Below are positions 36,940-46,997 of a stretch of 62,783 nt of DNA, one piece after another. The DNA comes from Gammaproteobacteria bacterium (GTDB taxonomy: Bacteria; Pseudomonadota; Gammaproteobacteria; UBA9214): contig JAOUBY010000004.1 of NCBI GenBank assembly GCA_029860045.1, positions 1 through 62,783 of the forward strand, in the 5' to 3' direction. The first letter of the stretch is position 1, and each line of letters opens with the position of its first letter. A program made the position numbers and the translations under genes. The notes beneath the pieces were generated by a model. The model was not told the DNA's origin. It ran no database searches and saw only the letters and a program-made list of their open reading frames with translations.

Positions 36940-37161
36940 ATGAAGTGGATCGAAAAAATTCCCCTGTTGTTGATCCTGCCGATCGCTGTGTTTCTTGCGC
37001 TGGCGCCGTTTCAGCCGGAGCCACACCTGTGGGAGAAGCTCAATATGCTGTTTGACGGCAGCCTGAGCCGACCGATCGATATTTTCGACCTGTTGCTGCA
37101 CGGTACGCCACTGGTCATCCTGGCGCTCAAGCTCTACACCTGGGCGCGCAAATCCGAATAG
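36940..37161 (+). CDS. Small two-TM membrane protein (73 aa)
   Basis: Two hydrophobic helices (PLLLILPIAVFLALAPF and GTPLVILALKLY). Confidence 0.5.
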   Translation: MKWIEKIPLLLILPIAVFLALAPFQPEPHLWEKLNMLFDGSLSRPIDIFDLLLHGTPLVILALKLYTWARKSE

Positions 37162-37376
37162 TGGTCAGGGCGTTGACTGCGCCGGCTGGACCAGCAGCAG
37201 GTCCGACAGGCCAATAACGCCATCAGGCCGCCTTGAGGGGTATAGGTCGCTGCGGGGGCCTGTGCGAAGGTGCCGGGTGCGGTTGTACAAGCCAGCGGAA
37301 GCAATTTATGGGATAATGTCCGGATTTTATCGGGCCGCATGTGCGGTGCCGGAACCGGACAGCAGGTAGCCAGACA

Positions 37377-38984
37377 GTGATTACAACCGCCAATCTCACC
37401 ATACAGTTCGGGGTCAAGCCCCTGTTCGAAAATGTCTCCGTCCGTTTCGGGGAAGGCAATCGCTATGGCCTGATCGGCGCAAATGGTTGCGGTAAATCGA
37501 CGCTGATGAAGATCCTCGGTGGAGACCTGGAACCCAGTTCGGGAAATGTCTCCGTAGACGTGAATGAGCGGGTCGGCAAACTGCGCCAGGATCAGTTTGC
37601 CTTCGAGGAGTGCAGGGTGATCGATACCGTGATCATGGGGCACGCGGAACTGTGGGCAATCAGCCAGGAACGTGACCGCATCTATGCACTCCCGGAGATG
37701 AGTGAGGAAGAGGGTATGCAGGTGGCCGAGCTGGAAGTGCAGTTTGCCGAGCTCGATGGCTACAGTGCCGAATCGCGCGCAGGTGAATTGCTGCTGGGGC
37801 TGGACATTCCGGTGGAACAGCATTTCGGGCTGATGTCGGAGGTTGCGCCGGGCTGGAAGCTGCGCGTGCTGCTGGCACAGGCGCTGTTTGCCGATCCGGA
37901 TATCCTGTTGCTGGACGAGCCGACCAATAATCTCGACATCAACACCATTCGCTGGCTGGAAGGCGTGCTGAACGAGCGTAACAGCACCATGATCATTATT
38001 TCGCATGACCGGCATTTTCTGAATAGTGTCTGCACGCACATGGCGGATCTCGATTATGGCGAGTTGCGCGTTTATCCCGGCAACTATGACGAGTACATGA
38101 CTGCTGCCACGCAGGCGCGTGAACGCAAGTATGCGGATAATGCGCGCAAGAAGGCGCAGATTGCCGAACTGCAGGCCTTTGTCAGCCGTTTTTCCGCAAA
38201 CGCCTCGAAGGCCAGGCAGGCCACTTCAAGGGCGCGTCAGATAGACAAGATCAAGCTGGATGAAATCAAGCCGTCCAGTCGTGTGAATCCATATATCCGC
38301 TTCGAGCAGGACAAGAAGCTTTACCGGCTGGCGCTGGATGCGGAAGGTCTGTGCAAGGCCTGGGATGATGATGCCGTTTTCAAGGACCTGGATCTCAAGG
38401 TCGAGGCCGGTGAGCGGGTAGCGATAATCGGTACCAACGGTATTGGTAAAACGACATTGCTGCGTACGCTCGCGGGCGAACTCGACAAGGACAAAGGGCG
38501 GCTGAAGTGGTCCGAAAATGCCAGTATCGGCTACTTTGCCCAGGATCACGCTGAGGACTTTGCTTCAGATACGGGCCTGTTCGACTGGATGAGTCGTTAT
38601 GGAAAGGCCGGGGACGACGAGCAGGTCATTCGTGGCACGCTGGGTCGCTTGCTGTTCTCGCAGGATGAGATCAACAAGCCGGCCAACGTGATTTCCGGTG
38701 GTGAACAGGGTCGTATGTTGTTCGGTCGGTTAATGCTGCAAAAGCCCAATGTGCTGCTGATGGACGAGCCGACTAACCACCTCGACATGGAGTCCATTGA
38801 ATCGCTGAACCTGGCGCTGGAAAATTATCCCGGTACGCTGATTTTTGTCAGCCATGACCGTGAATTTGTTTCCTCGCTGGCTACCCGCATCATCGAAATG
38901 AAGCAGGATGGACTGGTGAACTTCAACGGCAGCTACGAGGAATATCTGCGCAGCCAGGAGCAGGCGCTGAAAAAGGTGGGCTGA
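37377..38984 (+). CDS. ybiT: ABC-F family ATPase, YbiT-like
   Basis: The GTG 37377 start gives [21 protein letters not shown], matching the YbiT N-terminus. Two Walker A sites ([18 protein letters not shown]) and two LSGG-type signatures, with no TM domain. Confidence 0.9.
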   Translation: MITTANLTIQFGVKPLFENVSVRFGEGNRYGLIGANGCGKSTLMKILGGDLEPSSGNVSVDVNERVGKLRQDQFAFEECRVIDTVIMGHAELWAISQERDRIYALPEMSEEEGMQVAELEVQFAELDGYSAESRAGELLLGLDIPVEQHFGLMSEVAPGWKLRVLLAQALFADPDILLLDEPTNNLDINTIRWLEGVLNERNSTMIIISHDRHFLNSVCTHMADLDYGELRVYPGNYDEYMTAATQARERKYADNARKKAQIAELQAFVSRFSANASKARQATSRARQIDKIKLDEIKPSSRVNPYIRFEQDKKLYRLALDAEGLCKAWDDDAVFKDLDLKVEAGERVAIIGTNGIGKTTLLRTLAGELDKDKGRLKWSENASIGYFAQDHAEDFASDTGLFDWMSRYGKAGDDEQVIRGTLGRLLFSQDEINKPANVISGGEQGRMLFGRLMLQKPNVLLMDEPTNHLDMESIESLNLALENYPGTLIFVSHDREFVSSLATRIIEMKQDGLVNFNGSYEEYLRSQEQALKKVG

Positions 38985-38986
38985 TC

Positions 38987-39364
38987 ATGAACAATGTTAT
39001 GGCCGTGATGCTGAATGGAATCGCACAGCTGGAGTATGACCGCGACAAGCTGTTGCCGGCGCATCAAATGGCTTACCTGGACAAGATGGATGCCAAGATG
39101 GACGACGGTATCCTGCTGGGCAATGAGACTGTCACTAACCCGGACCAGGACCAGCGCACCCGGTTTGCCGCTGCCAATCTGGTGCATGCACTGAAGAGCG
39201 ATGATGCCGAGATGGCTGCCGCCATGTGCAGTTACCTGGCGATACGACTGCCGGAGCTGAAACAGGTGCGTATCGAGGATGTCGAGGAGCAGGTGTCGAT
39301 CGAGTTCGTGTTTGACGAGGCGTATCGCAAGCAGGTTGCGGTGGACTTCAAGCCTATGCACTGA
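38987..39364 (+). CDS. Hypothetical protein (125 aa)
   Basis: ATG lies 2 nt after the ybiT-like stop. No recognised domain. Confidence 0.5.
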   Translation: MNNVMAVMLNGIAQLEYDRDKLLPAHQMAYLDKMDAKMDDGILLGNETVTNPDQDQRTRFAAANLVHALKSDDAEMAAAMCSYLAIRLPELKQVRIEDVEEQVSIEFVFDEAYRKQVAVDFKPMH

Positions 39365-39600
39365 CGGGACCGGCGAGGCCCCGCAACAACGGTGTATGGC
39401 CCGTTTTCAAGCTGATCAGCCCGTTTGCCTCGGTTCGTTTCATTTTGTCTCGTATCTTTAATAATCATGTAGATAGGAGATACTCCTCCGGTATAACTAA
39501 GGAAACGGTCGCTAACTGCGCTGTTTTTAAATGCCAAATTCGCTAATATACCGACGCTGCGCTAGCCACACTTCCGGCTACAAAATAATACGGAGGATTT

Positions 39601-42600
39601 ATGGATTTTGCCCATGCACTCGGGATGAATAATGCTGCCGAAAGTCCGGAAGCAGAGCGCATCAAGTTGCAACTCTATATCAACCTCAAGCTGGCTTCTT
39701 CCGGGCAGCCTACCAGCGTGCCGCCCGAGTCGGAGCATTTCTTCGGCATATCCCGTGACCTGCTGAGAAGCTACCGGGAAAAGAACCGCTTGCTGTCCGC
39801 CTACCAGTGCCCGGTCGACAAGCGCATCCAGGATTTCCTCAATCGTTACCTTGCGGACCTCGGTATGGAGCATGCGCCGATGCTGCCAACCCAGACCTTT
39901 GTGCTGGACCGTCACGGCGTGGCACGCGAGTTGTCTTTGCCGATGGGCAAGGATGAATTTCATTCGGATATCGTTTCCAGTTACCGCATAGAGCAGGGCG
40001 TGCTGCATAACCCGGCCAGCGACCGCCGCACCACCAAGGGCTCGTTCCATATTGCCGACGGTGGCCTGCCGGTGCCGGGCGACAAGAAGGTCGTGCCCAT
40101 GCAGACCTTTGCGTTCATGCTGGAGCGGGCCTTCAATCCAACCGATCAGTTGATGACTATCCCGTTTACTTCTGCATTACCGGACCCGGCACGTATGTTT
40201 GTCTCGTTGTTATTGCGACCGACCGTGTGTCCCGAAATCCCGGGCAAGGAAGCGGAAAAGACCATGGAGGTGCGTTTCTTTGCGCCGGGCAACCTGGTGA
40301 GTAACCTGGACTTTGTGGAAAGTATTTTCGGTAATGGTGGTAATCCGCACCTGGTCGAGACCGATGCAGCGCTGGACGTGCAGCACTGGACCGGCACTAC
40401 CGGCTGCGTGATTCTTGCGCCGCACCTGGTCGGGCTGACCAAGAAGGAGGCCGGTTTGCCGCACTGGAGCAAGGCAACCGACCGACAGAAGCAGGACGAA
40501 ATGTGCTGGAAGGACGAGGGCGAACTCTACAATAACGGAGAGGCCTTCAAGCTGACCGCACGCGATGCCTCGGGTGTGATGGTGACCATGCTGGCGGATA
40601 ACTATTTCGGTTACTGCAAGAAGGAAGTGAAAACCCAGATCGGGTTTTCTGCCAATATCTTCGGCCTGTCCGAGGAAGAGCATGCCGGTGGAGCGCTGGC
40701 ATTCCCGCGCCGTAATCACGGTGAGGAGTACGGTGTCGACAGCCGCACCTACAGTACGCCGGGCTATTCCTTTGACGACATGGTGGAGCGTTACGGTGAC
40801 ATGATGGATGTGCATTCGGAAGGCTACGCCACTGATCGCAATTATCCGCAGATCATCTATGTGCCACAGAAGGTGCGCATGGACCTGAACGCCCAGACCA
40901 TTTCCTGGGAACGCGACGGCGTGACGCAGACCATTCGCCTGCAACCGGAAAAAATCTACCTGCAGCCAAACGGCTACAAGGTGGAGATGAAAAAACATCC
41001 CGGCGCACCGTCCTGGCGGCTGGTCGGCATGAACCCGGAAGGCACCTTTTGCCACAAGCCGAGCACCGTATCCGGCGGTGGCAAGTCGGAGATTTCCAAG
41101 TCCATGAATGACGCGGTTATCTATCGGCCATTGTTTGTTGATGACCTGCAGAAAGACCTGAACCAGGTGCAGGAAATCTTCGATCGCGATTACACTGCCC
41201 GCTTCAAGCCGGGTTGTGAGCAAGAGGACCGCGATGCGACCCGTAAGCCACTGAGCCCGGAGCGCAGCCTGGGGTCGGTCATCAAGCTGCTGACACCGAC
41301 TTCCAGCTATACCGATGAATTCAACGACTGGCTGGCCTCGATCTCGCCGCGTATTCTTGCGCTGGCCTTCCTGATCAAGCGTTTCTACCGCGTCGAGTGG
41401 GGCAATAACTGGCGTCATCATTTGTCAGTGGACGAGGTCGATGGTGCGCCGGCCCATGAGCTGAAACTGGACGACCGCAATATTGTGGCCTCATACATGC
41501 GTGTCGGTTTTGACAAGGACGGCAAGTGGCGTACCTTCAAGCTGCGCCAGGACTATATCGCCACCGAGAAGGTGCAGATGGAAGATGACATTTCTGCCTC
41601 GGTGGTAGTGCCGGCAAGATGCATCAGCAACTGCGGCCCGGAAGTCAGTAATGATTACAGCATCAAGCTGGTCAAGAATTGTGAGTACCGCCTGTTCCAG
41701 CGTCCGGATGATGCGATTCATCCCGGCTTTGACAAGCAGACCGAACTCGACATGTCGCAAGACGGCAATTTCATCGCCAACTTCGAACCGATTGGCAGAG
41801 AGCAGCTGGCGTCACTCGTTGAGGACGTGCACACCTTCTACAAGTTCACTCCGCCCATGCAGGGACTGCTGCGCAAGGCCTATGAAGGTAACGGCAGTTA
41901 CGCGGTTTCATCGGCACATCCGCGCATGGTGGGCGGTGAACCGTCCAAGAATCCGCGCTATCTGCAGGTGCGCCCCGATCTGGTCAGGCCAGAGCGCAAA
42001 TATCTGGCCGAGATGAGTACCCGTCTGCACCGCAAGCTTGGCATGGAGAGCGCTATTTGCCACCCGGTTGATGCGGTCCTGGCCGGGCGCCGTAATAATC
42101 CGCCGGAGCCGGGTATCCGTTCGCTGGCGGTGTATAACCCGATCCATTACCAGGAGTTGCCGGAGCTGTTCATGGACTTTGTCTGCAGCCTGACCGGCAA
42201 GTCACCGTCCACGACGGGAGCCGGTTCCGAGGGTGCCCTGACCAAGGGGCCGTTCAATGCCTTGCGTCCTGCGGCGGATCTGAACAATGCGCTGGTCTCG
42301 TTCATTCTCACCGGTTATGCCGGTTTCTCGAGTTCCGCCGGCTACGTCGGACCGGACGTGCGCGTTGACCACGACATCAGCCTGTTGATTCCGGAGATCT
42401 GGGCGCGCCTGTCACCCGAAGAGCGCAGTCCGGAATACCTGATCGAGAACGGTTACCTGGAAGAACTGACAGACTTCACGCACGACGGCAAGGCAGTCAC
42501 CGCCAGCCGTCTCGGCTATCGCATTACGCAACATTTCGTGCATGGGTTCTTTGGCAAGATTTTCGACAATCCCGGTGCCGTATTTACCGAAGAGATACTC

Positions 42601-43221
42601 AAGCCGGAAATACAGGGCCTGGATGTATATGTCGATGGCATCAACAACATCGTCGAGGCGCAGCAGCGTGTTGCGCTCCAGTACCTGGAGGATGGCAGCA
42701 TCGAGGATGCCTGTCCGCCGTTACAGGCATTGCTGCTGGTGATGGCAACCGGAAAGTACAATGGTATGGATGCGCATCACCCCGATTTCCGTGCCATGTT
42801 CACGCGCGAGAGCCTGCTGGAATCGGACTGGTACCAGGAGCGCCTCGAGATAAAGCAGCAGCGTGATATACGGTTATGGGAACGCCACACTGCCAGCCTG
42901 CAGCAGTTCCTCGATGACGCAAAATATACCGACGAGGCAGAACGGCTCGGTATCGCCGATCGCCTTGAACACGCACGGCAGAAGCTTGCCGATGTCAGCA
43001 GCCCGGATTACCTGCAGGGGCTGGTCGGCACGCTGGGTGCGGATCCACTCCGGCCTGCGCGCATGATGAAGGAACAACGCGTGGTCAACTGGGGCAAGGC
43101 CAAACTGTCACCGTCATTCGATGCGACCTCCAGCAAGGATGCCGTCGCAGCCTACCGTGTGCCTAGCTTGCTGGAGCGATTCACCTCGCGCTTTCGCAGG
43201 GCGCGGGCCAATCAGCACTGA
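39601..43221 (+). CDS. Large (1,206 aa) soluble enzyme; candidate PPi-dependent phosphoenolpyruvate carboxykinase-like protein
   Basis: The CDS itself is near certain (long ORF, GGAGGA SD). The functional call rests on size and the ordered motifs YFGYCKKEVK (aa 335-344), EEEHAGG (aa 358-364) and SGGGKSEISKS (aa 491-501), which parallel the PEPCK KK motif, metal His and P-loop. No search was run. Confidence 0.55.
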   Translation: MDFAHALGMNNAAESPEAERIKLQLYINLKLASSGQPTSVPPESEHFFGISRDLLRSYREKNRLLSAYQCPVDKRIQDFLNRYLADLGMEHAPMLPTQTFVLDRHGVARELSLPMGKDEFHSDIVSSYRIEQGVLHNPASDRRTTKGSFHIADGGLPVPGDKKVVPMQTFAFMLERAFNPTDQLMTIPFTSALPDPARMFVSLLLRPTVCPEIPGKEAEKTMEVRFFAPGNLVSNLDFVESIFGNGGNPHLVETDAALDVQHWTGTTGCVILAPHLVGLTKKEAGLPHWSKATDRQKQDEMCWKDEGELYNNGEAFKLTARDASGVMVTMLADNYFGYCKKEVKTQIGFSANIFGLSEEEHAGGALAFPRRNHGEEYGVDSRTYSTPGYSFDDMVERYGDMMDVHSEGYATDRNYPQIIYVPQKVRMDLNAQTISWERDGVTQTIRLQPEKIYLQPNGYKVEMKKHPGAPSWRLVGMNPEGTFCHKPSTVSGGGKSEISKSMNDAVIYRPLFVDDLQKDLNQVQEIFDRDYTARFKPGCEQEDRDATRKPLSPERSLGSVIKLLTPTSSYTDEFNDWLASISPRILALAFLIKRFYRVEWGNNWRHHLSVDEVDGAPAHELKLDDRNIVASYMRVGFDKDGKWRTFKLRQDYIATEKVQMEDDISASVVVPARCISNCGPEVSNDYSIKLVKNCEYRLFQRPDDAIHPGFDKQTELDMSQDGNFIANFEPIGREQLASLVEDVHTFYKFTPPMQGLLRKAYEGNGSYAVSSAHPRMVGGEPSKNPRYLQVRPDLVRPERKYLAEMSTRLHRKLGMESAICHPVDAVLAGRRNNPPEPGIRSLAVYNPIHYQELPELFMDFVCSLTGKSPSTTGAGSEGALTKGPFNALRPAADLNNALVSFILTGYAGFSSSAGYVGPDVRVDHDISLLIPEIWARLSPEERSPEYLIENGYLEELTDFTHDGKAVTASRLGYRITQHFVHGFFGKIFDNPGAVFTEEILKPEIQGLDVYVDGINNIVEAQQRVALQYLEDGSIEDACPPLQALLLVMATGKYNGMDAHHPDFRAMFTRESLLESDWYQERLEIKQQRDIRLWERHTASLQQFLDDAKYTDEAERLGIADRLEHARQKLADVSSPDYLQGLVGTLGADPLRPARMMKEQRVVNWGKAKLSPSFDATSSKDAVAAYRVPSLLERFTSRFRRARANQH

Positions 43222-43251
43222 AGCTGAAGCACTACAGGTCCGGGTGCCAGC

Positions 43252-43437
43252 ATGGGTGAGGTAGTTCACTTCAGAAAGCCGACAGCCACGGAAAAGGCGC
43301 AGGGCAAGACCCTCTGCAAGCGCGGGTTCCACAAGTGGAAAATCAACAAGACCAATGGTTTCGACAGCAAGCAGGGCAAACTGGTAACCCAGTTTCGCTG
43401 TAGCCGCTGCGGTGTGCTGCGCACCAGCGCACGCTAG
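43252..43437 (+). CDS. Small basic Zn-ribbon-like protein (61 aa)
   Basis: C-x4-H ... CxxC arrangement (CKRGFH ... CSRCG). Weak SD. Lies 30 nt downstream of the large gene. Confidence 0.4.
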   Translation: MGEVVHFRKPTATEKAQGKTLCKRGFHKWKINKTNGFDSKQGKLVTQFRCSRCGVLRTSAR

Positions 43438-43457
43438 GGTAAGCCGACAGGTCCTGG

Positions 43458-43877
43458 ATGCTGCGCATCACCGGAAATATTGTCATTCCGGATTCCGAGC
43501 TGGAACTCGGTGCCATTCGTTCGCAGGGGGCTGGCGGCCAGAACGTCAACAAGGTTGCCTCGGCCATCCACCTGCGCTTCAATATACCGTCATCATCACT
43601 ACCTGAGGCTGTCAAGCAGCAGCTCATGCAGCTGAATGACCGACGCATCAGCGGTGACGGGGTGCTCGTTATCAAGGCGCAACGCTTCCGTACGCAGGAG
43701 AAAAACCGTGCCGATGCGTTATCGCGCTTGCAGTCCCTGGTGCGCAGTGTCCTGGTGACACGGCGCAAACGGGTTCCGACCCGCGCCACGGCCGCTTCCA
43801 GGGCGCGCCGCCTCGACAGCAAGACCCGGCGTGGCCAACACAAGCGGCTGCGCGGCAAGGTGACCGGCGAGGAGTAG
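43458..43877 (+). CDS. arfB: Alternative ribosome-rescue factor ArfB (peptidyl-tRNA hydrolase, YaeJ)
   Basis: GGQ motif (SQGAGGQNVNKV) and a basic C-terminal tail. 139 aa. Confidence 0.9.
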   Translation: MLRITGNIVIPDSELELGAIRSQGAGGQNVNKVASAIHLRFNIPSSSLPEAVKQQLMQLNDRRISGDGVLVIKAQRFRTQEKNRADALSRLQSLVRSVLVTRRKRVPTRATAASRARRLDSKTRRGQHKRLRGKVTGEE

Positions 43878-43878
43878 C

Positions 43879-44385
43879 TCAGCCTGCAGGCTGGCGGTAG
43901 CTTATATCGACAATTACAAAGCTGACCTGTCCGCCGGGCGTTGTCACACGGACTTCATTATCGAGAGATTTCTTCATCAGTGCAGCGGCCATGGGGGAAT
44001 CGATGCTGATCCAGCCTCGCGCCGGGTCAAATTCATCCGCCCCGACGATGCGATAACAGACCCTGGTTCCTGTCTCGTCTTCCAGGGTGACACTGGCTCC
44101 GAAAAAGACTGTGCCGGTGTCAGATGGTATTTCCTTAACCACCTTCAGGTCTGGCAGTCGTTTTTGCAGGTAGCGGATGCGTCGGTCAATCTCACGCAGT
44201 TCCTTCTTGCGGTAAATGTACTCGGCGTTCTCGGACCGGTCGCCTTCAGCGGCCGCTGCTGACAGGGCCCGGGTCACCTTTGCGCGTCGCTTCCATAGCG
44301 ACTGCAGTTCCTCTGTCAGCGCCTGGTGACCTTGTGGTGTGATATAGGGTGAGGACTTCGGGGGAGGGGCACGGTAGCGTCCCAT
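43879..44385 (-). CDS. greB: Transcription elongation factor GreB
   Basis: YITPQG...; coiled-coil tip GDRSENAEY. C-terminal FKBP-like domain. Confidence 0.9.
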   Translation of the reverse strand: MGRYRAPPPKSSPYITPQGHQALTEELQSLWKRRAKVTRALSAAAAEGDRSENAEYIYRKKELREIDRRIRYLQKRLPDLKVVKEIPSDTGTVFFGASVTLEDETGTRVCYRIVGADEFDPARGWISIDSPMAAALMKKSLDNEVRVTTPGGQVSFVIVDISYRQPAG

Positions 44386-44417
44386 TCTGCTGTTTCCTGG
44401 AAAAGCGCTACTGAAAG

Positions 44418-44445
44418 AACAACCCCGCGCAAGCGCGGGGTTGTT
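44418..44445 (-). terminator. Rho-independent terminator of the cold-shock gene
   Basis: Near-perfect 12-13-bp GC-rich palindrome AACAACCCCGCGC/GCGCGGGGTTGTT, 24 nt downstream of the csp stop. On the minus strand it is followed by CTTTC...TTTT. Confidence 0.7.
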
Positions 44446-44468
44446 GGTTTCTGCAGGACAGGGTCCTG

Positions 44469-44672
44469 CTATTGTCCGGTGACGTTGATCGCTTGCAGTC
44501 CCTTGGGTCCCTGCTCGACATCAAAGTTGACTGTTTGTCCTTCTGCCAGGGTCTTGAAGCCATCACCTGAAATAGCAGAGAAGTGCACAAACACATCTTC
44601 ACCGCCATCGCTTGGAGCGATGAAACCGAAACCCTTGGACTCGTTGAACCACTTGACAGTACCTGTAGCCAT
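44469..44672 (-). CDS. Cold-shock protein (CspA family)
   Basis: [15 protein letters not shown] (RNP1) and VFVHFS (RNP2). 67 aa, with a long 5' leader upstream. Confidence 0.95.
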   Translation of the reverse strand: MATGTVKWFNESKGFGFIAPSDGGEDVFVHFSAISGDGFKTLAEGQTVNFDVEQGPKGLQAINVTGQ

Positions 44673-45001
44673 TTAACACCTCTTTTAAGAATTTATTTAC
44701 AAGTTATTCAATTGCAGATTAAAACAGGGAAACAAGCAGGAGTTGCTGCGGGAACGTCCGGGAGTACCTGAGAAATGTGCAATTACGTCTTTATCGAACT
44801 TTAAACGGCAGGGATAATCCTTGCCCCCCTTATCGATCACGGCTCGATAATACAACATTTCCTGCCGGTTACACCATTATTTTAGTGCGGTAATTATTTT
44901 GGCGTTTCGGGGCGGGAAACTGACACCTTGAGAACGTCAAGTCTGGCAAGGTAGCGGATGTTTGCGCATAATGGCACGCTTTTCCAGGGGGCATGTGTTC
45001 A

Positions 45002-45985
45002 ATGTGGTTCAGGAATCTTCAGCTCTATCGCCTTGCGCAACCTTTTGATTTATCTCCGGAGCAACTCGATGAGCGGTTGCGTGCCGGTGAATTCAGCGGT
45101 TGTGGGCGAATGGATATGCAGACCAGTGGCTGGGCACCGCCGCTGGGTCGGCACGGGCAGCAACTCGTGCATGCCGCCAATGGTTACATCATGATCTGCC
45201 TGCGCAAGGAGGAGAAGATCATACCGGCCGGCGTGGTGCGGCAATTGCTCGAGGACAGGGTTGCCGAAATATCCGAGACCGAGCAACGCGAGGTCTACCG
45301 GCGTGAGAAGCTGCGTATGAAGGAAACTATTATGGTTGATCTTCTGCCGCGCGCGCTCAGTCGCATCAGCAACCTGTTTGCCTATCTCGATGTCCGTAAT
45401 GGCCTGCTGGTGGTCGACAGTCCGGCGTCGACAAAGGCAGAGATGCTGGTCAGCCAGTTACGTACCACGCTGGGCCGTTTCCCGGCAGCGCCGGTCAGGC
45501 CACGATTGTCACTGTCAGCTGTGATGACGCGCTGGCTGAGTGGCGAGGGCCTGCCACAGGACTTTGTGCTGGGCGAGGAATGCGAACTGAAGCATCCGGA
45601 ACCCGATGGTGGCGTGGTCAGTTGCAAACACCAGGACCTGACCAGTGCTGAGGTCTTCAGTCACATCAAGAACGGCAAGCGTGTTGTCAGGCTCGCGTTT
45701 CAGTGGCGCGAGCGCCTGTCCTGCGTCATTCATGATGACTTGTCCATCAAGCGTCTGCGTTTTGAGGATATTATCAGCGAGGCTGCCGAGGAGAGCGAGG
45801 ATGATGATTTTGCCACCCGTTTTGATATGGACTTCTCGCTCATGACGCTGGAGCTTGGCGGATTCTTTCCGGTACTGATGGATGCGCTGGGCGGCGAGGT
45901 ATTGTCCGATAGTTCCGGGCCGGATACATCGCCTCAGCCAGTGACGCAGCAACGGCCCACCATTACCGAGGCCGAACCGGCCTGA
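45002..45985 (+). CDS. rdgC: Recombination-associated protein RdgC
   Basis: The N-terminus MWFRNLQLYRL is the canonical RdgC start. Confidence 0.9.
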   Translation: MWFRNLQLYRLAQPFDLSPEQLDERLRAGEFSGCGRMDMQTSGWAPPLGRHGQQLVHAANGYIMICLRKEEKIIPAGVVRQLLEDRVAEISETEQREVYRREKLRMKETIMVDLLPRALSRISNLFAYLDVRNGLLVVDSPASTKAEMLVSQLRTTLGRFPAAPVRPRLSLSAVMTRWLSGEGLPQDFVLGEECELKHPEPDGGVVSCKHQDLTSAEVFSHIKNGKRVVRLAFQWRERLSCVIHDDLSIKRLRFEDIISEAAEESEDDDFATRFDMDFSLMTLELGGFFPVLMDALGGEVLSDSSGPDTSPQPVTQQRPTITEAEPA

Positions 45986-45992
45986 CTGCCAG

Positions 45993-46439
45993 ATGGCTGC
46001 CATACACGAACGCCTGCAGGCAGACTGCCTGCTGCTCGGTCGTTTCCCGCTCTGTCACCTGTTGCTGATGCAGGACGCAAATTATCCCTGGTGCATCCTG
46101 GTGCCGGATCGCGAGGATATCAGGGAGATCTACCAGCTCTCGGACAGTGACCAGCAGCAGCTCATGCAGGAATCGGTACAGTTGTCGCGCGCACTGGTGG
46201 CGGCCTTCGGACCGGACAAGCTCAATGTGGCGGCGCTGGGTAATGTTGTACCGCAATTACACGTCCATCACATCGTGCGCTATCGACAGGATGTGACATG
46301 GCCGGACCCGGTCTGGGGCAGGTTGGAGCCCCGGGCCTATACCGAGGAGCGACTCGCCGAGGTGCTGACATTACTGGCCGACAAGCTGCCGGCGGATTTT
46401 GACTGGCAGATAAAAGTAGCAATGCATGGTCCCGGCTAG
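45993..46439 (+). CDS. HIT family hydrolase
   Basis: Histidine triad motif VPQLHVHHI. Confidence 0.85.
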   Translation: MAAIHERLQADCLLLGRFPLCHLLLMQDANYPWCILVPDREDIREIYQLSDSDQQQLMQESVQLSRALVAAFGPDKLNVAALGNVVPQLHVHHIVRYRQDVTWPDPVWGRLEPRAYTEERLAEVLTLLADKLPADFDWQIKVAMHGPG

Positions 46440-46569
46440 GCAGCCGCTATAAGCAGGACAAAAAAATACCCGTACCTGTCGATACGAGTATTCATGCGGT
46501 TCAGGGTGTGTTGTTGACAGAGACCGGCTGCGAGGCAGGGGGAGGCTGTCGTGTTGTAGTGAGCGAGTA

Positions 46570-46794
46570 TCAGCCGACGCGTTCGGCGCCCAGCTGCTGG
46601 CCGGTTACCTGCGCCAGGATCTCAAACGATGATGTCCGGTCGGTATCATAGGAGACCAGCATCAGGTGTGGGCGTTTTTCATTGAAATGTGCCTCAACCA
46701 CGCCCTTGTTACCCGTGATGGTGCGTTCGACATTGCGCCGGCTGTCGGTTCCCAGTGTGTTATCAATGTGCATTACCATGTCTGTTACATGCAT
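46570..46794 (-). CDS. Small HMA-fold-like protein lacking the metal-binding CxxC (74 aa)
   Basis: Strong SD (GGAGGAG, 7 nt before the ATG). The beta-alpha-beta-beta-alpha-beta-like pattern has LGTDS where HMA domains carry MxCxxC. Confidence 0.5.
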   Translation of the reverse strand: MHVTDMVMHIDNTLGTDSRRNVERTITGNKGVVEAHFNEKRPHLMLVSYDTDRTSSFEILAQVTGQQLGAERVG

Positions 46795-46879
46795 GATTTG
46801 ACTCCTCCATTACCTGTTTGAATGTCTGTCTTCACGTAAACACCTGCCAGCTTCCCTGCCAGACTGCTTCCGTGATCAG

Positions 46880-46997
46880 TAAGGTATATAAAAACCATAT
46901 ATTTGTCAATGAAATTAATTTATAACTAAATGACTTATAAGGAATTAATATAATATTCCACATGTAGTGTAAGGTAAAATCAAACCATACAATATAT
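46880..46997. promoter_or_regulatory. AT-rich control region with imperfect direct repeat and central palindrome
   Basis: TAAGGTA-N5-AAACCATA...ATAT occurs at 46880-46903 and 46970-46997. GGAAT-N9-ATTCC lies at 46941-46959. The region sits upstream of the minus-strand gene 46570-46794. Confidence 0.4.

Noticed and set aside
37134-38039. 301-aa ORF antisense to the ybiT-like ABC-F gene
   Set aside because: The sense strand encodes unmistakable Walker A/B and signature motifs. The antisense ORF is an artefact of GC-rich coding sequence.
40210-41421. 403-aa ORF antisense to the 1,206-aa gene
   Set aside because: It lies entirely inside a much longer ORF that has an SD and enzyme-like motifs. 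The antisense product is Arg/His/Val-rich with no domain.
46841-46864. Sigma-54-like CTGGCAGGGAAGCTGGCA (minus strand) upstream of the 74-aa gene
   Set aside because: At the correct spacing the -12 element reads TGG rather than the essential TGC.
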